64,000 bases of DNA from IMG/VR virus record IMGVR_UViG_3300031521_000018, positions 1-64,000 of that record. The stretch is one strand, 5' to 3'. The notes beneath the pieces are model-generated. The model was not told where the DNA came from and did not search any database. It saw only the letters and a program-made list of their open reading frames with translations. The DNA comes from an uncultured virus (IMG/VR IMGVR_UViG_3300031521_000018) (lineage: Duplodnaviria > Heunggongvirae > Uroviricota > Caudoviricetes). Below, in pieces: positions 10,912 through 21,605 of this stretch; the first letter of the stretch is position 1; each line of letters begins with the position of its first letter. Made by a program: the position numbers and the translations under genes.

Positions 10912-13900
10912 TTACATGTATTGTAAAATTATGTTCTTTGGGAATATTTCTTTAACCTCTGCATCAATAAATTTTTGTATATTATCCTCAAAAGTATCTG
11001 CATCAGATTCATCCTCTGTTTCAGTATAACCTTTGATAAAACTGTTTACATAATCAATATCCATGTATTCATCAAAAATTTCTTGAGGCAAATCATATCC
11101 ACCTCTAACAATAATAGCCTGAACTTTATAAATCTTATCATCTTGATCACTTTCATTTACTTTACCTTTAAGACCAATGATCTTTTTAAATTCATCTATT
11201 GATAAATCTGTCATAAGATTAAAAGTACTATCGGCATTGCGTTTTAGAGTTGCAATATGATTATCTTTCCCAACATAAACCAATACCAAATTTTCAGTAT
11301 CAATTGTGTTAAAATTATTACCACCGCTTGACTGTAATTTTAACACAATTGAATTATCAACTTGTGTATATTCATGGCTAAATTCTTTAGATTTTGATAT
11401 TTGATTTGCCACATTATCTCCAAAGTCCTCATTTACTGATTTAGTAGGGTCAACACCCATTTGATTGGCATAATCATCAATTTCTTCCATTGAAATCCAT
11501 TCAGGTTTTTCAGTAAATGAATCCCATAATGCTTTCATAAGTTCTATTTGCTTGGCTTCATCATCCATAAACAAATGTTTACTACTCTTACCACCATTAC
11601 CTAAGTAATATTCACAATCTGATTGCATTCTTCCAAGTAACTGATATTTGAATTTATCATCCTTTTGAGTATATTCTGATAAGTAATTATCACCAACATT
11701 TTCATTAATTGGTTTTGAGCTATCAATCAAAGATTTTAATTTGTCTAAGTCCCAATACCATGTATCATTTATAGATGGTGCTTTATAAACTTTTGTTTCC
11801 TGTCCACCACTTGTATCAACTTTACTATGGATTGTTACACCGTTATACTCAGTATTATCATCTTCATTTACAGCATTTGGATTATTCAAAGCATTTAACA
11901 TACTTTTTGCCGTAACCAAGTCATTACCATCATAAACAATTTGATCATCAATAGGTTTTGTTGTATCTTTGACAATAAAATTTCCGTTTTCTGCATTTTC
12001 CATAGTTCCACGAGAATTATTATCATTACCCTCGTTGACTGAATCTAATTTGAGATACTGTTTAAGTTTATCCTTTTTAATAGTTATTGTTTTATCATAA
12101 TCATCAGTTGCTTTACTAGTTCCATTTTTGAATCCGATGGTAAAATCATCACCATCTTCTTTAAGTATAGTTCCTGTTCCATTCATTACACCTGACAAAG
12201 CTTGTGCTTTAAATGAATCACCAACAGCACATTCATTAATTTTTCCTTTTTTGTCAACATTATCAAGATTTGTAATTTTTACTGATTTTTCATCAAGCTC
12301 AACCTGAAATACTGTACCAAATTTTTCATTAGTATCACGACCTGCAGTTTTTAAAAATAATTGTTTGCCCTCACCACCAACAGGTGCATCAAGGTCAAAT
12401 TTCAAGACACCTTTACCATCCCAATCATTTATTTTTGTCCTAGCAAGTTCTGTTGCAGCGGTATAAGATTCAGAATTTGTATCCTCATTAACAGCATTGT
12501 CTTTCATAAATGTTGAATTCCATTTATTTGCAAATTCATCGGCAGCAGCAACAGCCTCAGCAACTGTATTAAACTGTTTATCTTTTAAACCTCTGAGTTC
12601 ATTTCTGTACTCATTAAACTCTTGAGAAGTTATCGCTGAATGCACGCTACCTTCATCAACTAAGAATTTACTTGTATTTTTATCAAGTACTATAGACATT
12701 GACTTGATTCTAAGATTAGAATCTTTCAAGGTTTTATCATTACCATAAACTTTGTGATAATTTCCTTCAACACCTTTATTGTCTTCAACGCCATCAATAG
12801 TGTGTTTATAAGATTCTTCCAAACCATTACCATAACTTGTAAGTTCTTGTAATTTTGCTTCATAATCGTTAGAATCCTCATTTATTGATTCAACCGATTT
12901 ATAGATTTCAAAAGTTTTGCTTATAATATCCTTATAACCCTGTTCATCGATCATTGAATCATCTTCACCAATATAACCAAGCTCTTTAGCTATCCAAGTT
13001 GAAACCCTATCAATAACACCCGCCTTTTTATCAGCGTTTTGTAGTTCAGCACCCACTTTGGTAATAAGTTCATCTGAAAGTTCAGGAAATTGACCCTTTA
13101 TTTTATCAATTAATGAATTATCTGATTCATTTACAGAATCATTGTACCAAGCAAATGATATGTCATACCAAAATTCACCATCAATATCAGATTTAAATCT
13201 TTTAACATCCTTATTAAACTCGTATCTATCAACCAAATTATATGAAATATTATTACATTTTAGATATAAATCAGTTTCATGATGGTCGATTTCTTCGGGC
13301 AACATATGTGCTTTAGCTTGTGCAAAAATATCAAAATCATTACTTTCATTTACACTTTCAGCCACATAATCAACAATACCAGATTCAAAATATTTTACAG
13401 CTAAATCATTAAGATTGTTTTGTAAATCTTTATCAATACCATCTTTTCCATCAGGAGAATTTAATTCTATATACACACCATATCCTGATATTGTATCTGA
13501 ATCTTTTGAAATAGTCAAATCAATTGTTCCGCCATTATAAAAGAAATCATTTAAACGGACTTCATCAAATTTATCCTTATTTTTTTCAACAAAATTTGAG
13601 TCAAAGTTATCATAAAGTTCCTGTGTGGAACTTAAGTCGAAAGTTCCAATATTTAAATCCAAGTCAGAACTTTCGTTTATTTTCCTTGACAAGTGATAAT
13701 ATTTTTGCTCAAGTGCTGAAAATTCCTCGTTGATTTTTTGACACGAAAGCTTACCTTTACCATTTTCAAAAACTTTTCTAGCCTCAACAAACAATCGGTT
13801 GTTTTCCTTACGATAATTTTCAAGTACAGCAAATATTTCGCTTTTTTTGCTAACTATATTTTTTAAGGTTACGAATTCAAAATTATTATGAGCTATATGA

Positions 13901-14049
13901 TTGTCTGATAAAAATCCATTCAATTTTTCATTAATAGCTTTTGAGTCTTTGGAATTCAAAATTTTGTGGTTTTCGTTTACAAATTTTTTAAAATTCGCTT
14001 TAACCTCTGTAGTGCTATTATCAACTATTTTTTTAACTTTGGTGATCAT
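10912..14049 (-). CDS. Multi-module internal head polyprotein with repeated (V/I)NE sites and an LPD11-like domain
   Basis: Acidic, 1045 aa, with about 12 spaced xVNE/xINE motifs. The segment FKYQLLGRMQSDCEYYLGNG..KHLF..QIELMKALWDSFTEKPEWISMEEI resembles large-polyvalent-protein domain 11. Confidence 0.6.
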   Translation of the reverse strand: MITKVKKIVDNSTTEVKANFKKFVNENHKILNSKDSKAINEKLNGFLSDNHIAHNNFEFVTLKNIVSKKSEIFAVLENYRKENNRLFVEARKVFENGKGKLSCQKINEEFSALEQKYYHLSRKINESSDLDLNIGTFDLSSTQELYDNFDSNFVEKNKDKFDEVRLNDFFYNGGTIDLTISKDSDTISGYGVYIELNSPDGKDGIDKDLQNNLNDLAVKYFESGIVDYVAESVNESNDFDIFAQAKAHMLPEEIDHHETDLYLKCNNISYNLVDRYEFNKDVKRFKSDIDGEFWYDISFAWYNDSVNESDNSLIDKIKGQFPELSDELITKVGAELQNADKKAGVIDRVSTWIAKELGYIGEDDSMIDEQGYKDIISKTFEIYKSVESINEDSNDYEAKLQELTSYGNGLEESYKHTIDGVEDNKGVEGNYHKVYGNDKTLKDSNLRIKSMSIVLDKNTSKFLVDEGSVHSAITSQEFNEYRNELRGLKDKQFNTVAEAVAAADEFANKWNSTFMKDNAVNEDTNSESYTAATELARTKINDWDGKGVLKFDLDAPVGGEGKQLFLKTAGRDTNEKFGTVFQVELDEKSVKITNLDNVDKKGKINECAVGDSFKAQALSGVMNGTGTILKEDGDDFTIGFKNGTSKATDDYDKTITIKKDKLKQYLKLDSVNEGNDNNSRGTMENAENGNFIVKDTTKPIDDQIVYDGNDLVTAKSMLNALNNPNAVNEDDNTEYNGVTIHSKVDTSGGQETKVYKAPSINDTWYWDLDKLKSLIDSSKPINENVGDNYLSEYTQKDDKFKYQLLGRMQSDCEYYLGNGGKSSKHLFMDDEAKQIELMKALWDSFTEKPEWISMEEIDDYANQMGVDPTKSVNEDFGDNVANQISKSKEFSHEYTQVDNSIVLKLQSSGGNNFNTIDTENLVLVYVGKDNHIATLKRNADSTFNLMTDLSIDEFKKIIGLKGKVNESDQDDKIYKVQAIIVRGGYDLPQEIFDEYMDIDYVNSFIKGYTETEDESDADTFEDNIQKFIDAEVKEIFPKNIILQYM

Positions 14050-14071
14050 TGTTGTATATTTTAGTTAATTA

Positions 14072-15070
14072 TTATTTTAAGAGTTTGATGTTATTAAGGT
14101 TTTTCCCCGAAACCATATAATAGTTTTCGTTTATTCCTTTTATTATATTTATATTGGATAATGATGTTAGTAATCTCCTACATTCATTTATAGGAAACAG
14201 TTTTGTATATAATATCAAAAGATTTTCGTTTATTCTTGTGCCATATTGGCTTTGTATTGATTGCCAAAATTGGTCAACATCTGATTGAGTTGAATTATTA
14301 CTTACTAGTAATGAATCTTGTTGTTCGGGTGAAATAGGTGATAAATATCGTGAAATCTGACCCGCAGGGTGTCTTACCACCTCTTCTGAAAGTTCAGACC
14401 GCATGGAAAATCTAAAGCTAGCTGTATAATCACCCGTAAATATAGAATAAAGGAACGTAATGGATTGATCATCCATTTCTTCCAATTTCCTTATTTTATC
14501 AGATACATTATCACTTTCCAAAATAGCATCATTTCCTAAAATATCTCTTGTTATACTTGCCGATTCAACATTCTCAATAAATCCCTTATCAAACATATTT
14601 TTTGAATCGAAGTATTCAATTATAGATTCTCTTACGCTTTCTTTGAGTTCACAGCTAAGCTCAATATCATAGACATTATTGAAATTGATAGATGATTCTA
14701 TATTCAACAAAATTTGGTTTATGCTTGATAAGTCAATAGCAGTAAGATTATCAATATCAAAATACATGAGTTCTTGATAAGTAAAGAAATTTGAAAGAAA
14801 GACCGTTAAATCTATTTTTGATTTAAAATAACTTCTACAACAATCTAAAATAGAACTATATATAAGACTCAACTGTGGCTCTGAAAGATTGGGTAATTTT
14901 TTAATAAGCGAATCAGTATCTTTCCCATCTATAAATTCTCTTATGATATTAAGTAATATCATATCGGAATCAGGAATGTTTACATCATTTATTGCAGAGT
15001 CAATTTGATTTAATAAATCAAAGGTTTGTGATTCTCTGATTTTGTCTTGTATAAGGTCAATTATTTCCAT
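14072..15070 (-). CDS. Hypothetical late (probable head-associated) protein
   Basis: 332 aa with TAAATA upstream; several (I/L/V)xES motifs. Confidence 0.5.
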   Translation of the reverse strand: MEIIDLIQDKIRESQTFDLLNQIDSAINDVNIPDSDMILLNIIREFIDGKDTDSLIKKLPNLSEPQLSLIYSSILDCCRSYFKSKIDLTVFLSNFFTYQELMYFDIDNLTAIDLSSINQILLNIESSINFNNVYDIELSCELKESVRESIIEYFDSKNMFDKGFIENVESASITRDILGNDAILESDNVSDKIRKLEEMDDQSITFLYSIFTGDYTASFRFSMRSELSEEVVRHPAGQISRYLSPISPEQQDSLLVSNNSTQSDVDQFWQSIQSQYGTRINENLLILYTKLFPINECRRLLTSLSNINIIKGINENYYMVSGKNLNNIKLLK

Positions 15071-15143
15071 AATTTTATTTTATTTTATTTATTTAAACCC
15101 AAGCAAATTTCATATATGTAAATAATAAAATAATTTTACAAAT

Positions 15144-16499
15144 ATGATAGATGCTGTAGTAATTTTTAATCCTGAAATAGAGCTTTCTGAATTATCCGTA
15201 CCAAATTCTGAGGAAAAGAAAGAATATAACAGTACAAACCCAAATATGGCTTTGGGTTTGTACTCACCTATAATACAAATAAATGATAAATATTTCGACC
15301 ATTATTCAATAACAAGTTCTGTAATAGAGGTAGGAGATTTTTTGCCAAAGTTAACTATATCTATTAAAGATGATGAAAGAATATTATCAAATCAAGCGGC
15401 TGTAACTGATTCCATAGTTAAACTGTTTGTTAGAAGTAAAAATAAGGATTTCAAGCCAATAAGGCAAGATTACAAGATTACATCTTTTTCAAAGTTTGAT
15501 TCAATAGTTTATATAACGGCTGTTTTAAATTTACCTGATCTATTCAATGAAAAGATAATAAGTTATGGTAAATTATCAAGCTTTGATACATTAAAGAAAA
15601 TAGCCAAAGATTTAAAATTAGGATTTGCATCAAATGAAACGTCAACCAACGATTCAATGTGTCATGTTTGTCCGTCATTATCATTATCAGATTTTATACA
15701 AAATGACATAATACCATCAATTTATAAAGATGATAGTTCTTTCTTTAAAGTATTCATAGATCAGTTTTACTATCTTAATATAATAGAAATCAATAAAATG
15801 GTAGTTACAGATGGAGAATTACAAAAAATAACGTCAATAAAGGAAATAGCCCTTGGTGATGTTATGAATGGTGAAGAGGATGATGGAACTTTAGAGGAAT
15901 TTTTCTTACATAATATAGATGATTTCGGTAGAACCAATTTTATAGCCGATTACAACAATAAAAATAGCTTAGGTAGTGCTATAAATAGCATAGGTAGTAA
16001 ATTGTATTTACAAATGTATGAAAAAACCGATGAAGAATTCAAGGAATTTTATATAAAACCTCTATTAACTGAGGGAAGTAAAGAAAAATATAAAACAAAT
16101 GAAATAATAAATGAAATAATAAAGACTGTGCATTTTGGTGAGCAAAACAACATAAACGTTCATAAAAATTATTTTGCCGCTAAAGGGCTTAATGAGATAA
16201 ATATAACCTCTCTACTTAATTATAAGCTATCAGTAAGTTTAACTACAATAAACCCCGCCATTAGATGCTTCATGCAAATTCCAATAATCATACAAAACAG
16301 AGATGTAGATCAATTTTTACATAACGACCCAAATGACGAAAATAATGATCTACAATATAATGAAAAATTAAAAAAAGAAATAGTTGTTGATAAGTTTGTT
16401 AGTGGTTTTTATATATCAACAAAAATAAGATATATATTTACAGGTATGAACATAATTACGATGGATATAGATTGCAATAAGAGAGATTTTGCTGAATAA
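15144..16499 (+). CDS. Putative baseplate hub protein (gp27-like)
   Basis: SYGKLSSFDTLKKIAKDLKLGFASN, FIDQFYYLN and the C-terminal DKFVSGFYISTKIRY match contractile-tail hub architecture. Confidence 0.5.
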   Translation: MIDAVVIFNPEIELSELSVPNSEEKKEYNSTNPNMALGLYSPIIQINDKYFDHYSITSSVIEVGDFLPKLTISIKDDERILSNQAAVTDSIVKLFVRSKNKDFKPIRQDYKITSFSKFDSIVYITAVLNLPDLFNEKIISYGKLSSFDTLKKIAKDLKLGFASNETSTNDSMCHVCPSLSLSDFIQNDIIPSIYKDDSSFFKVFIDQFYYLNIIEINKMVVTDGELQKITSIKEIALGDVMNGEEDDGTLEEFFLHNIDDFGRTNFIADYNNKNSLGSAINSIGSKLYLQMYEKTDEEFKEFYIKPLLTEGSKEKYKTNEIINEIIKTVHFGEQNNINVHKNYFAAKGLNEINITSLLNYKLSVSLTTINPAIRCFMQIPIIIQNRDVDQFLHNDPNDENNDLQYNEKLKKEIVVDKFVSGFYISTKIRYIFTGMNIITMDIDCNKRDFAE

Positions 16500-16504
16500 A
16501 TATA

Positions 16505-17974
16505 TTATATTGAAATCTTACAAGTAGAATAATTGGCTATATACTCAATAGGTGTAGTATCAGACAAAACAGCATTAACAAGTCCGCTTACACCCCAATT
16601 TACTTCATTTGTTTGACCACCAAAACGCCTAGTAGTCTGTATAAAAAATCGGTTCATTGGCACAACAGTATTAGCGGGTATGTTAATACTAAAACTTTGA
16701 GCGGGTATAGTTAATGTCCAAGTATTGTGATCATTAACTATCGTACCTGAAACCAAAGTTTTACCCAAAACATAAAAAACAGCTGAATTTAAATCTTGTT
16801 CGTATTGGTAAGTATCATCCGCAATACTTTCTATAGTACTTAATGATATGCTAAGCGTTCCAACTATATCTCTTTTGGCGGTTAATGTTCCATCAGGATT
16901 AATAGTAAATAAATGCATAAAATTAGCATCGCTGCCAATAGGTAATGGTAATTCAATATATGGGTTGCCTGAATAAAAATCATTTCTTGATATTGTCAAG
17001 TTTTCAAATACAGATGGAATGTCATAACTATAAGCAGCATTTGGTGTTATTTCAACTGTAAACCCAAGTGTTGTTTTGGATATAGTTCTAAACTTTGCAT
17101 CCATGCCATCTGCTGAAAATTGTATGATATAATTAGCAGATGGTAAGGGTCGTACAAATACTACTGAGTAATCTCTTGCCGCACCTCCATAAATACTCAT
17201 TATATTTGCTCTTTGATATGCACTACTATCACCCGATAATACTTGCTTTCCTGTACCATCCCACCAATAATCACTTTCATAATCATTTATAATAAACAAA
17301 TTTGTACCAACTTTCATGTTAATAGGTAACGCATCTGAATCGTTTATCGGTACGCCACCTGTACCCGCTATCCAACTATCTAGTTCAGCAACAGTATGAA
17401 AGGCATATGACACTGTTGCACCTTGAGCTATTTCCTTTGTAAGTGCCAAATCTGTTGCTTTAGCAAACCATGTTACAGGTATTTTACCAAGCAATTTATT
17501 AGTATCAAATACGGCTATATGTGTTGCGGCTGATTGAATAACACCCTCTAATTTATTGATGAATAAACCTTCTGAACCCGTTGTAAGCAAAGGTTCATCT
17601 TGATTAAAAATTATAAAATACCCATTTGATATTCCGAAAATTCTGTCACCTCTATAATCAAGAAACATCAAATCTTCATCAGTTTTCTGTCTAAACAGTT
17701 TTGATGTGTCGATGGTTACAGTATTGTCTTCATTTATGATGAAATAATCCTTAAGGTAACTTCTATTTATAAGTTTCATGAATTCATTTTTGAATTCAGT
17801 AAAAGTTCCGTTGAATTGTGATGGTATACTATTTGTTGGATTTGATAGGTTTACATTACCATCCTTGTCCAAATTCGGTCCAATATTTGATAATGCAGGA
17901 TATAATGAAAAATTGATCATGTTCAACATTTCATCTACTTGTCCACCTGTATAAGGACTTTTATGTTCAGACAT
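16505..17974 (-). CDS. Putative fibre/baseplate-attached virion protein
   Basis: 489 aa; N-terminal SPYTGGQVDEML; GTNLFII..DYWWDG fibre-like module; beta-rich C-terminus; TAAATA upstream. Confidence 0.45.
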   Translation of the reverse strand: MSEHKSPYTGGQVDEMLNMINFSLYPALSNIGPNLDKDGNVNLSNPTNSIPSQFNGTFTEFKNEFMKLINRSYLKDYFIINEDNTVTIDTSKLFRQKTDEDLMFLDYRGDRIFGISNGYFIIFNQDEPLLTTGSEGLFINKLEGVIQSAATHIAVFDTNKLLGKIPVTWFAKATDLALTKEIAQGATVSYAFHTVAELDSWIAGTGGVPINDSDALPINMKVGTNLFIINDYESDYWWDGTGKQVLSGDSSAYQRANIMSIYGGAARDYSVVFVRPLPSANYIIQFSADGMDAKFRTISKTTLGFTVEITPNAAYSYDIPSVFENLTISRNDFYSGNPYIELPLPIGSDANFMHLFTINPDGTLTAKRDIVGTLSISLSTIESIADDTYQYEQDLNSAVFYVLGKTLVSGTIVNDHNTWTLTIPAQSFSINIPANTVVPMNRFFIQTTRRFGGQTNEVNWGVSGLVNAVLSDTTPIEYIANYSTCKISI

Positions 17975-18011
17975 ATGCGTTAGTTTTAATAATTTTATTT
18001 ATTTATTAAAA

Positions 18012-18848
18012 CTATCTATTGAATACTGATGTTAGATCACCTGAATCATCGGATTGTAAAGGCACTTTACCCATTATATCAGATATAGCATTCCAAAATT
18101 CTTGTGGGCAATATTGCGAAATATCATCCACAAGCTCTTGAAATTCAGGTAATTTTCTTACGTGTGTGATATTTACAGAGGTCATTATACAATCATCATT
18201 ACCAATCATTGCACAATATCCACCAAAATTACCATTCTTTAATTTTTTTCGTGCAAATGATAATGCCTCCTCTATTGTTATAAATTCTGTTAATACCAAT
18301 TGTGTCTGCCTCATTTGGGTTTTCATCATTGTAGTACCCAAGTTTTTAGTATGGTCATTTTGCTTGATTCCAACACGCACAGCATAAGATTGATCATCTT
18401 TCATATTGTATGCAAATTGTAAGAAAAGTAAATCGCCATCTATTTCATTCTCCTCACCATATAATTTAATAACAATTTCCCTAAAATAGTTTCCATCATA
18501 ATTATTTTCAAGACATGTCCTTACGTTATCGGGTATAAAAAGCTCAACTAAGCAATGATAATACCATTTAGCTAATTCGGGTACTATTACTTGATTTGAC
18601 CTGAACATAGCAACCTGAACCATTTTAAAAAAAGAATATTCATCTTCTATAATTGATACTTTTCCTATTTCATCAATGGTCATAGGTAGAACCTCAAAGA
18701 TGTTTATGACTGAATAATCACCACCCGTTCCCTCAGCCAAATCTATTGAGTGTACAAATCTCCTACGTTCATCTTTAAATCTTGATATGTCAATAGATGA
18801 ATGAACTAAGAAATACATATCAAGATCAAGCAGTGTTTCAGAATACAT
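18012..18848 (-). CDS. Terminase large subunit, stand-alone C-terminal nuclease domain (T4 gp17-like)
   Basis: RNase H-fold motifs SIDLAEGTGGDYS, LENNYDG and GNDDCIMT; no ATPase motifs and no intein. Confidence 0.85.
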   Translation of the reverse strand: MYSETLLDLDMYFLVHSSIDISRFKDERRRFVHSIDLAEGTGGDYSVINIFEVLPMTIDEIGKVSIIEDEYSFFKMVQVAMFRSNQVIVPELAKWYYHCLVELFIPDNVRTCLENNYDGNYFREIVIKLYGEENEIDGDLLFLQFAYNMKDDQSYAVRVGIKQNDHTKNLGTTMMKTQMRQTQLVLTEFITIEEALSFARKKLKNGNFGGYCAMIGNDDCIMTSVNITHVRKLPEFQELVDDISQYCPQEFWNAISDIMGKVPLQSDDSGDLTSVFNR

Positions 18849-18913
18849 AGAGTAATTTTTGTTTTTTATAATATATTTGCCTTTAATTAATCAACTATAT
18901 ATTATATTTTAAG

Positions 18914-18925
18914 TTATTTAAATAA
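18914..18925. promoter_or_regulatory. Palindromic bidirectional late-type promoter motif TTATTTAAATAA
   Basis: Gives TAAATAA on both strands between the divergent TerL-nuclease and 18942 genes. Confidence 0.4.
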
Positions 18926-18941
18926 ACAAAATAAATTCTAT

Positions 18942-20468
18942 ATGTCAAAAGCTGTTATAAGATTACAAGACGAGGTATTGTTAGAATACAATTATGCAGA
19001 AACAAATGAAAATGCTGTAAATAATGGCTTATTCGTTGTTGAAAATTTACATGATAATTCAAAGACAGTATTAAAGCCAAATCAAGATAGGTATACTGCA
19101 GAAGAAAATTCTAACAATCTAACCTTACTCAACGAGGATGGTGTATATGATTTATTAACAGTTGATTCAGATATACACAAAATAATTCCTAGTATATCTG
19201 ATACCTTTGTTATGAAGTACAATACTGTAAGGATAAATATAGCATCAGGATTCAATTTTATTGGTCATGATGGATTTAATCTGAAAGTATTCACTTATAC
19301 AAAATCGGGTCAAAAGGTGTACTTTGCCAATTTTGTGTATTTAAGAAAGTTTGCTGAGCTAATACAATATAATTCAAAGCCTATAAAATTATCAGAGGCT
19401 GTATTTGATAAATATATAGAGCTACAAATTCCTTCGCTTGAATATTGGTTAGAATTACAGAATGTTGAAAACGAGGATATATTATCAATTTTCAACGATA
19501 AATTAATAGTCGAAAATTCTTTATATTTTGAATATTCACTCATTCAGAATGGTGTTTATAACAACGGTTTTTATCAGTTTTTGTTGGTTGACACAATCAC
19601 AAACCAATTTATAACTCAAAACAAGTATACATCTTTGGCAGGATTTGTACAATTAGCTATCGATGGTGATTATTTCGAATTTCAGTTACAATATAATAAT
19701 GATCAAATTGAGGATTTCATTTTTAAGCTAAATTCCATTCCAGGAAATAATTTTTATTTAATTCATACTATTAAAGTAATTGAGCAGATAGGTGATGAAT
19801 ATATAATCACTGATGAATATACTACAATACAAAATTCAAATTATCAAAGATTGTATAAGTTCAAGCCTGTTATACAAAATTCAAGTCTATCATCAATATC
19901 AATAGATTATTCAGTACAGCTAATTAATAATGTTGATGGTATGGGTGTTACAATAGAATCATCTGTTTCAACTCAGGAAATATTCAGATTTAGCAATAGG
20001 CTTGTAAAACTTGATATACCATTAACTAAATTTGATGTTTACAATCACATCTCAAAATCACAGAGGAATATACAACAGCAAATTGACGAGGTAATAAAAA
20101 CAGTTGTAGTTAATCAATATGTTGAAAGATTGTCATTGAAAACTAACGGTGGAATATTAGAGATAGCACCACTTAAAAATAACTTGCTTTTATCGTTTAT
20201 TGATGAATCAAACGCACTGATTGAAATTTCAAACAGCCTTGTGTATTATCTTGTATTCCCAAACAAGTCGGCAAGTAGAATAGAAATTAAAGAAACTGTT
20301 AATTCATCAGTCAACAAGTCAAAAGGTCAATTGCTGTTTGTAATAGAAGAATCCACATCAAGTCAAATTTATGCTATTGGTAGTGGTAATTTATGTTATG
20401 TAATTGGAAAGTCAACTAACGGAAACAATGAGTCAATATTTAGTAAAATGTCCTTTACTTTGGATTAA
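18942..20468 (+). CDS. Putative virion structural protein
   Basis: 508 aa, beta-rich, TAAATAA about 20 nt upstream. Confidence 0.5.
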   Translation: MSKAVIRLQDEVLLEYNYAETNENAVNNGLFVVENLHDNSKTVLKPNQDRYTAEENSNNLTLLNEDGVYDLLTVDSDIHKIIPSISDTFVMKYNTVRINIASGFNFIGHDGFNLKVFTYTKSGQKVYFANFVYLRKFAELIQYNSKPIKLSEAVFDKYIELQIPSLEYWLELQNVENEDILSIFNDKLIVENSLYFEYSLIQNGVYNNGFYQFLLVDTITNQFITQNKYTSLAGFVQLAIDGDYFEFQLQYNNDQIEDFIFKLNSIPGNNFYLIHTIKVIEQIGDEYIITDEYTTIQNSNYQRLYKFKPVIQNSSLSSISIDYSVQLINNVDGMGVTIESSVSTQEIFRFSNRLVKLDIPLTKFDVYNHISKSQRNIQQQIDEVIKTVVVNQYVERLSLKTNGGILEIAPLKNNLLLSFIDESNALIEISNSLVYYLVFPNKSASRIEIKETVNSSVNKSKGQLLFVIEESTSSQIYAIGSGNLCYVIGKSTNGNNESIFSKMSFTLD

Positions 20469-20902
20469 TTACTAATATAAATCCTTCTTGATGTCGTTTT
20501 AATCACTTTTATTTTATTCTTCTTAAGAACAGTAGAAATATAATTTGGTGTACCACATACCTCATTCAAATCTATAAACGACATACCATCGTCATCCTTT
20601 TTAAATATGAAATCATTTGCACAGCCATCAAAAGCTACCTCGACTTTTTTAATCAAGTTCCTTTGACCCGATGTATAATGTTTTTGTGGAGAATAATAAT
20701 AATTACACACCTCTTCAATCTTATCAAATTTTTCATGTGTGCAATTATTAAAAACGAATTTAAATTCTATGGGCTTAAATACACCACCCAATGTTTTTAA
20801 TTCATCCGAAAAAGGAGGATTGTAATCAAATTCAGAAACCTCACATGTGTTTATTATGCATTTTAATTTTATTGTACCGATTAATTTGATTTGATTTCCC
20901 AT
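20465..20902 (-). CDS. Hypothetical protein
   Basis: 145-aa ORF at the end of the clamp operon. Confidence 0.6.
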   Translation of the reverse strand: MGNQIKLIGTIKLKCIINTCEVSEFDYNPPFSDELKTLGGVFKPIEFKFVFNNCTHEKFDKIEEVCNYYYSPQKHYTSGQRNLIKKVEVAFDGCANDFIFKKDDDGMSFIDLNEVCGTPNYISTVLKKNKIKVIKTTSRRIYISN

Positions 20903-20924
20903 TTTTTAAAATCTTTTACTAAAA

Positions 20925-21605
20925 TTATGTCCTCTTATTCAATGCTAAAACTATTTTATTTTGAGTTTTATCATCCAAAGACTTGAATATTTTCTTTACA
21001 TCTATTTTCATGTAATTTGAAAAGGATACAAAAACATCATATATTGTATCCTTGTCAACAGAAAATCTTGATATCAATTCATCAAACAAAAATTTAACGT
21101 CTTTGTTTGTAATATTTTTGCATGAATTATCGTTTGGAAGCAAGTCATTTCTATCGATAAGCTTTATTGAATCCTTGCCATGGTTGTGAATCAATACTGT
21201 ATTATCGTTAAAAACATATTGAACCTCGTATAATTCATTTAAATATAACACAGAAGAACCGCTTTCTATGAATTCTATTGACAAATCTCGTATATAAGCA
21301 TATTTTTCATGTTTGCTAGATATATCTTTTAAATACCCTACAACTCTTTCATAAATAAACTTACTACCATAATAATTCTCAGGGTCTGATAATTCTTCAT
21401 TAACCTCTACGCAAGCATCTATGGCAAATGACATAGGTGCTTGTGTAGAAATAATATAATCAGATTCAGATGTTTGCTCAGAAAATTCTACGTTTTCGTC
21501 AATATCTAAAAATGATTCATCAAACTCTGAATCTAATTCATCAAACTCTGAATCTAATTCATCGTTCGGTTGTTCAACTATTTCATCGTTATTTTGCAAC
21601 ATCAC
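20925..21605 (-). CDS. Hypothetical acidic protein
   Basis: 226 aa; acidic N-terminus with a DELDSEF tandem duplication; overlaps the clamp gene end. Confidence 0.6.
   Translation of the reverse strand: MMLQNNDEIVEQPNDELDSEFDELDSEFDESFLDIDENVEFSEQTSESDYIISTQAPMSFAIDACVEVNEELSDPENYYGSKFIYERVVGYLKDISSKHEKYAYIRDLSIEFIESGSSVLYLNELYEVQYVFNDNTVLIHNHGKDSIKLIDRNDLLPNDNSCKNITNKDVKFLFDELISRFSVDKDTIYDVFVSFSNYMKIDVKKIFKSLDDKTQNKIVLALNKRT

Noticed and set aside
10744..10926. 60-aa + strand ORF
   Set aside because: Non-ATG start, spans regulatory repeats and a hairpin, and has no protein-like features.
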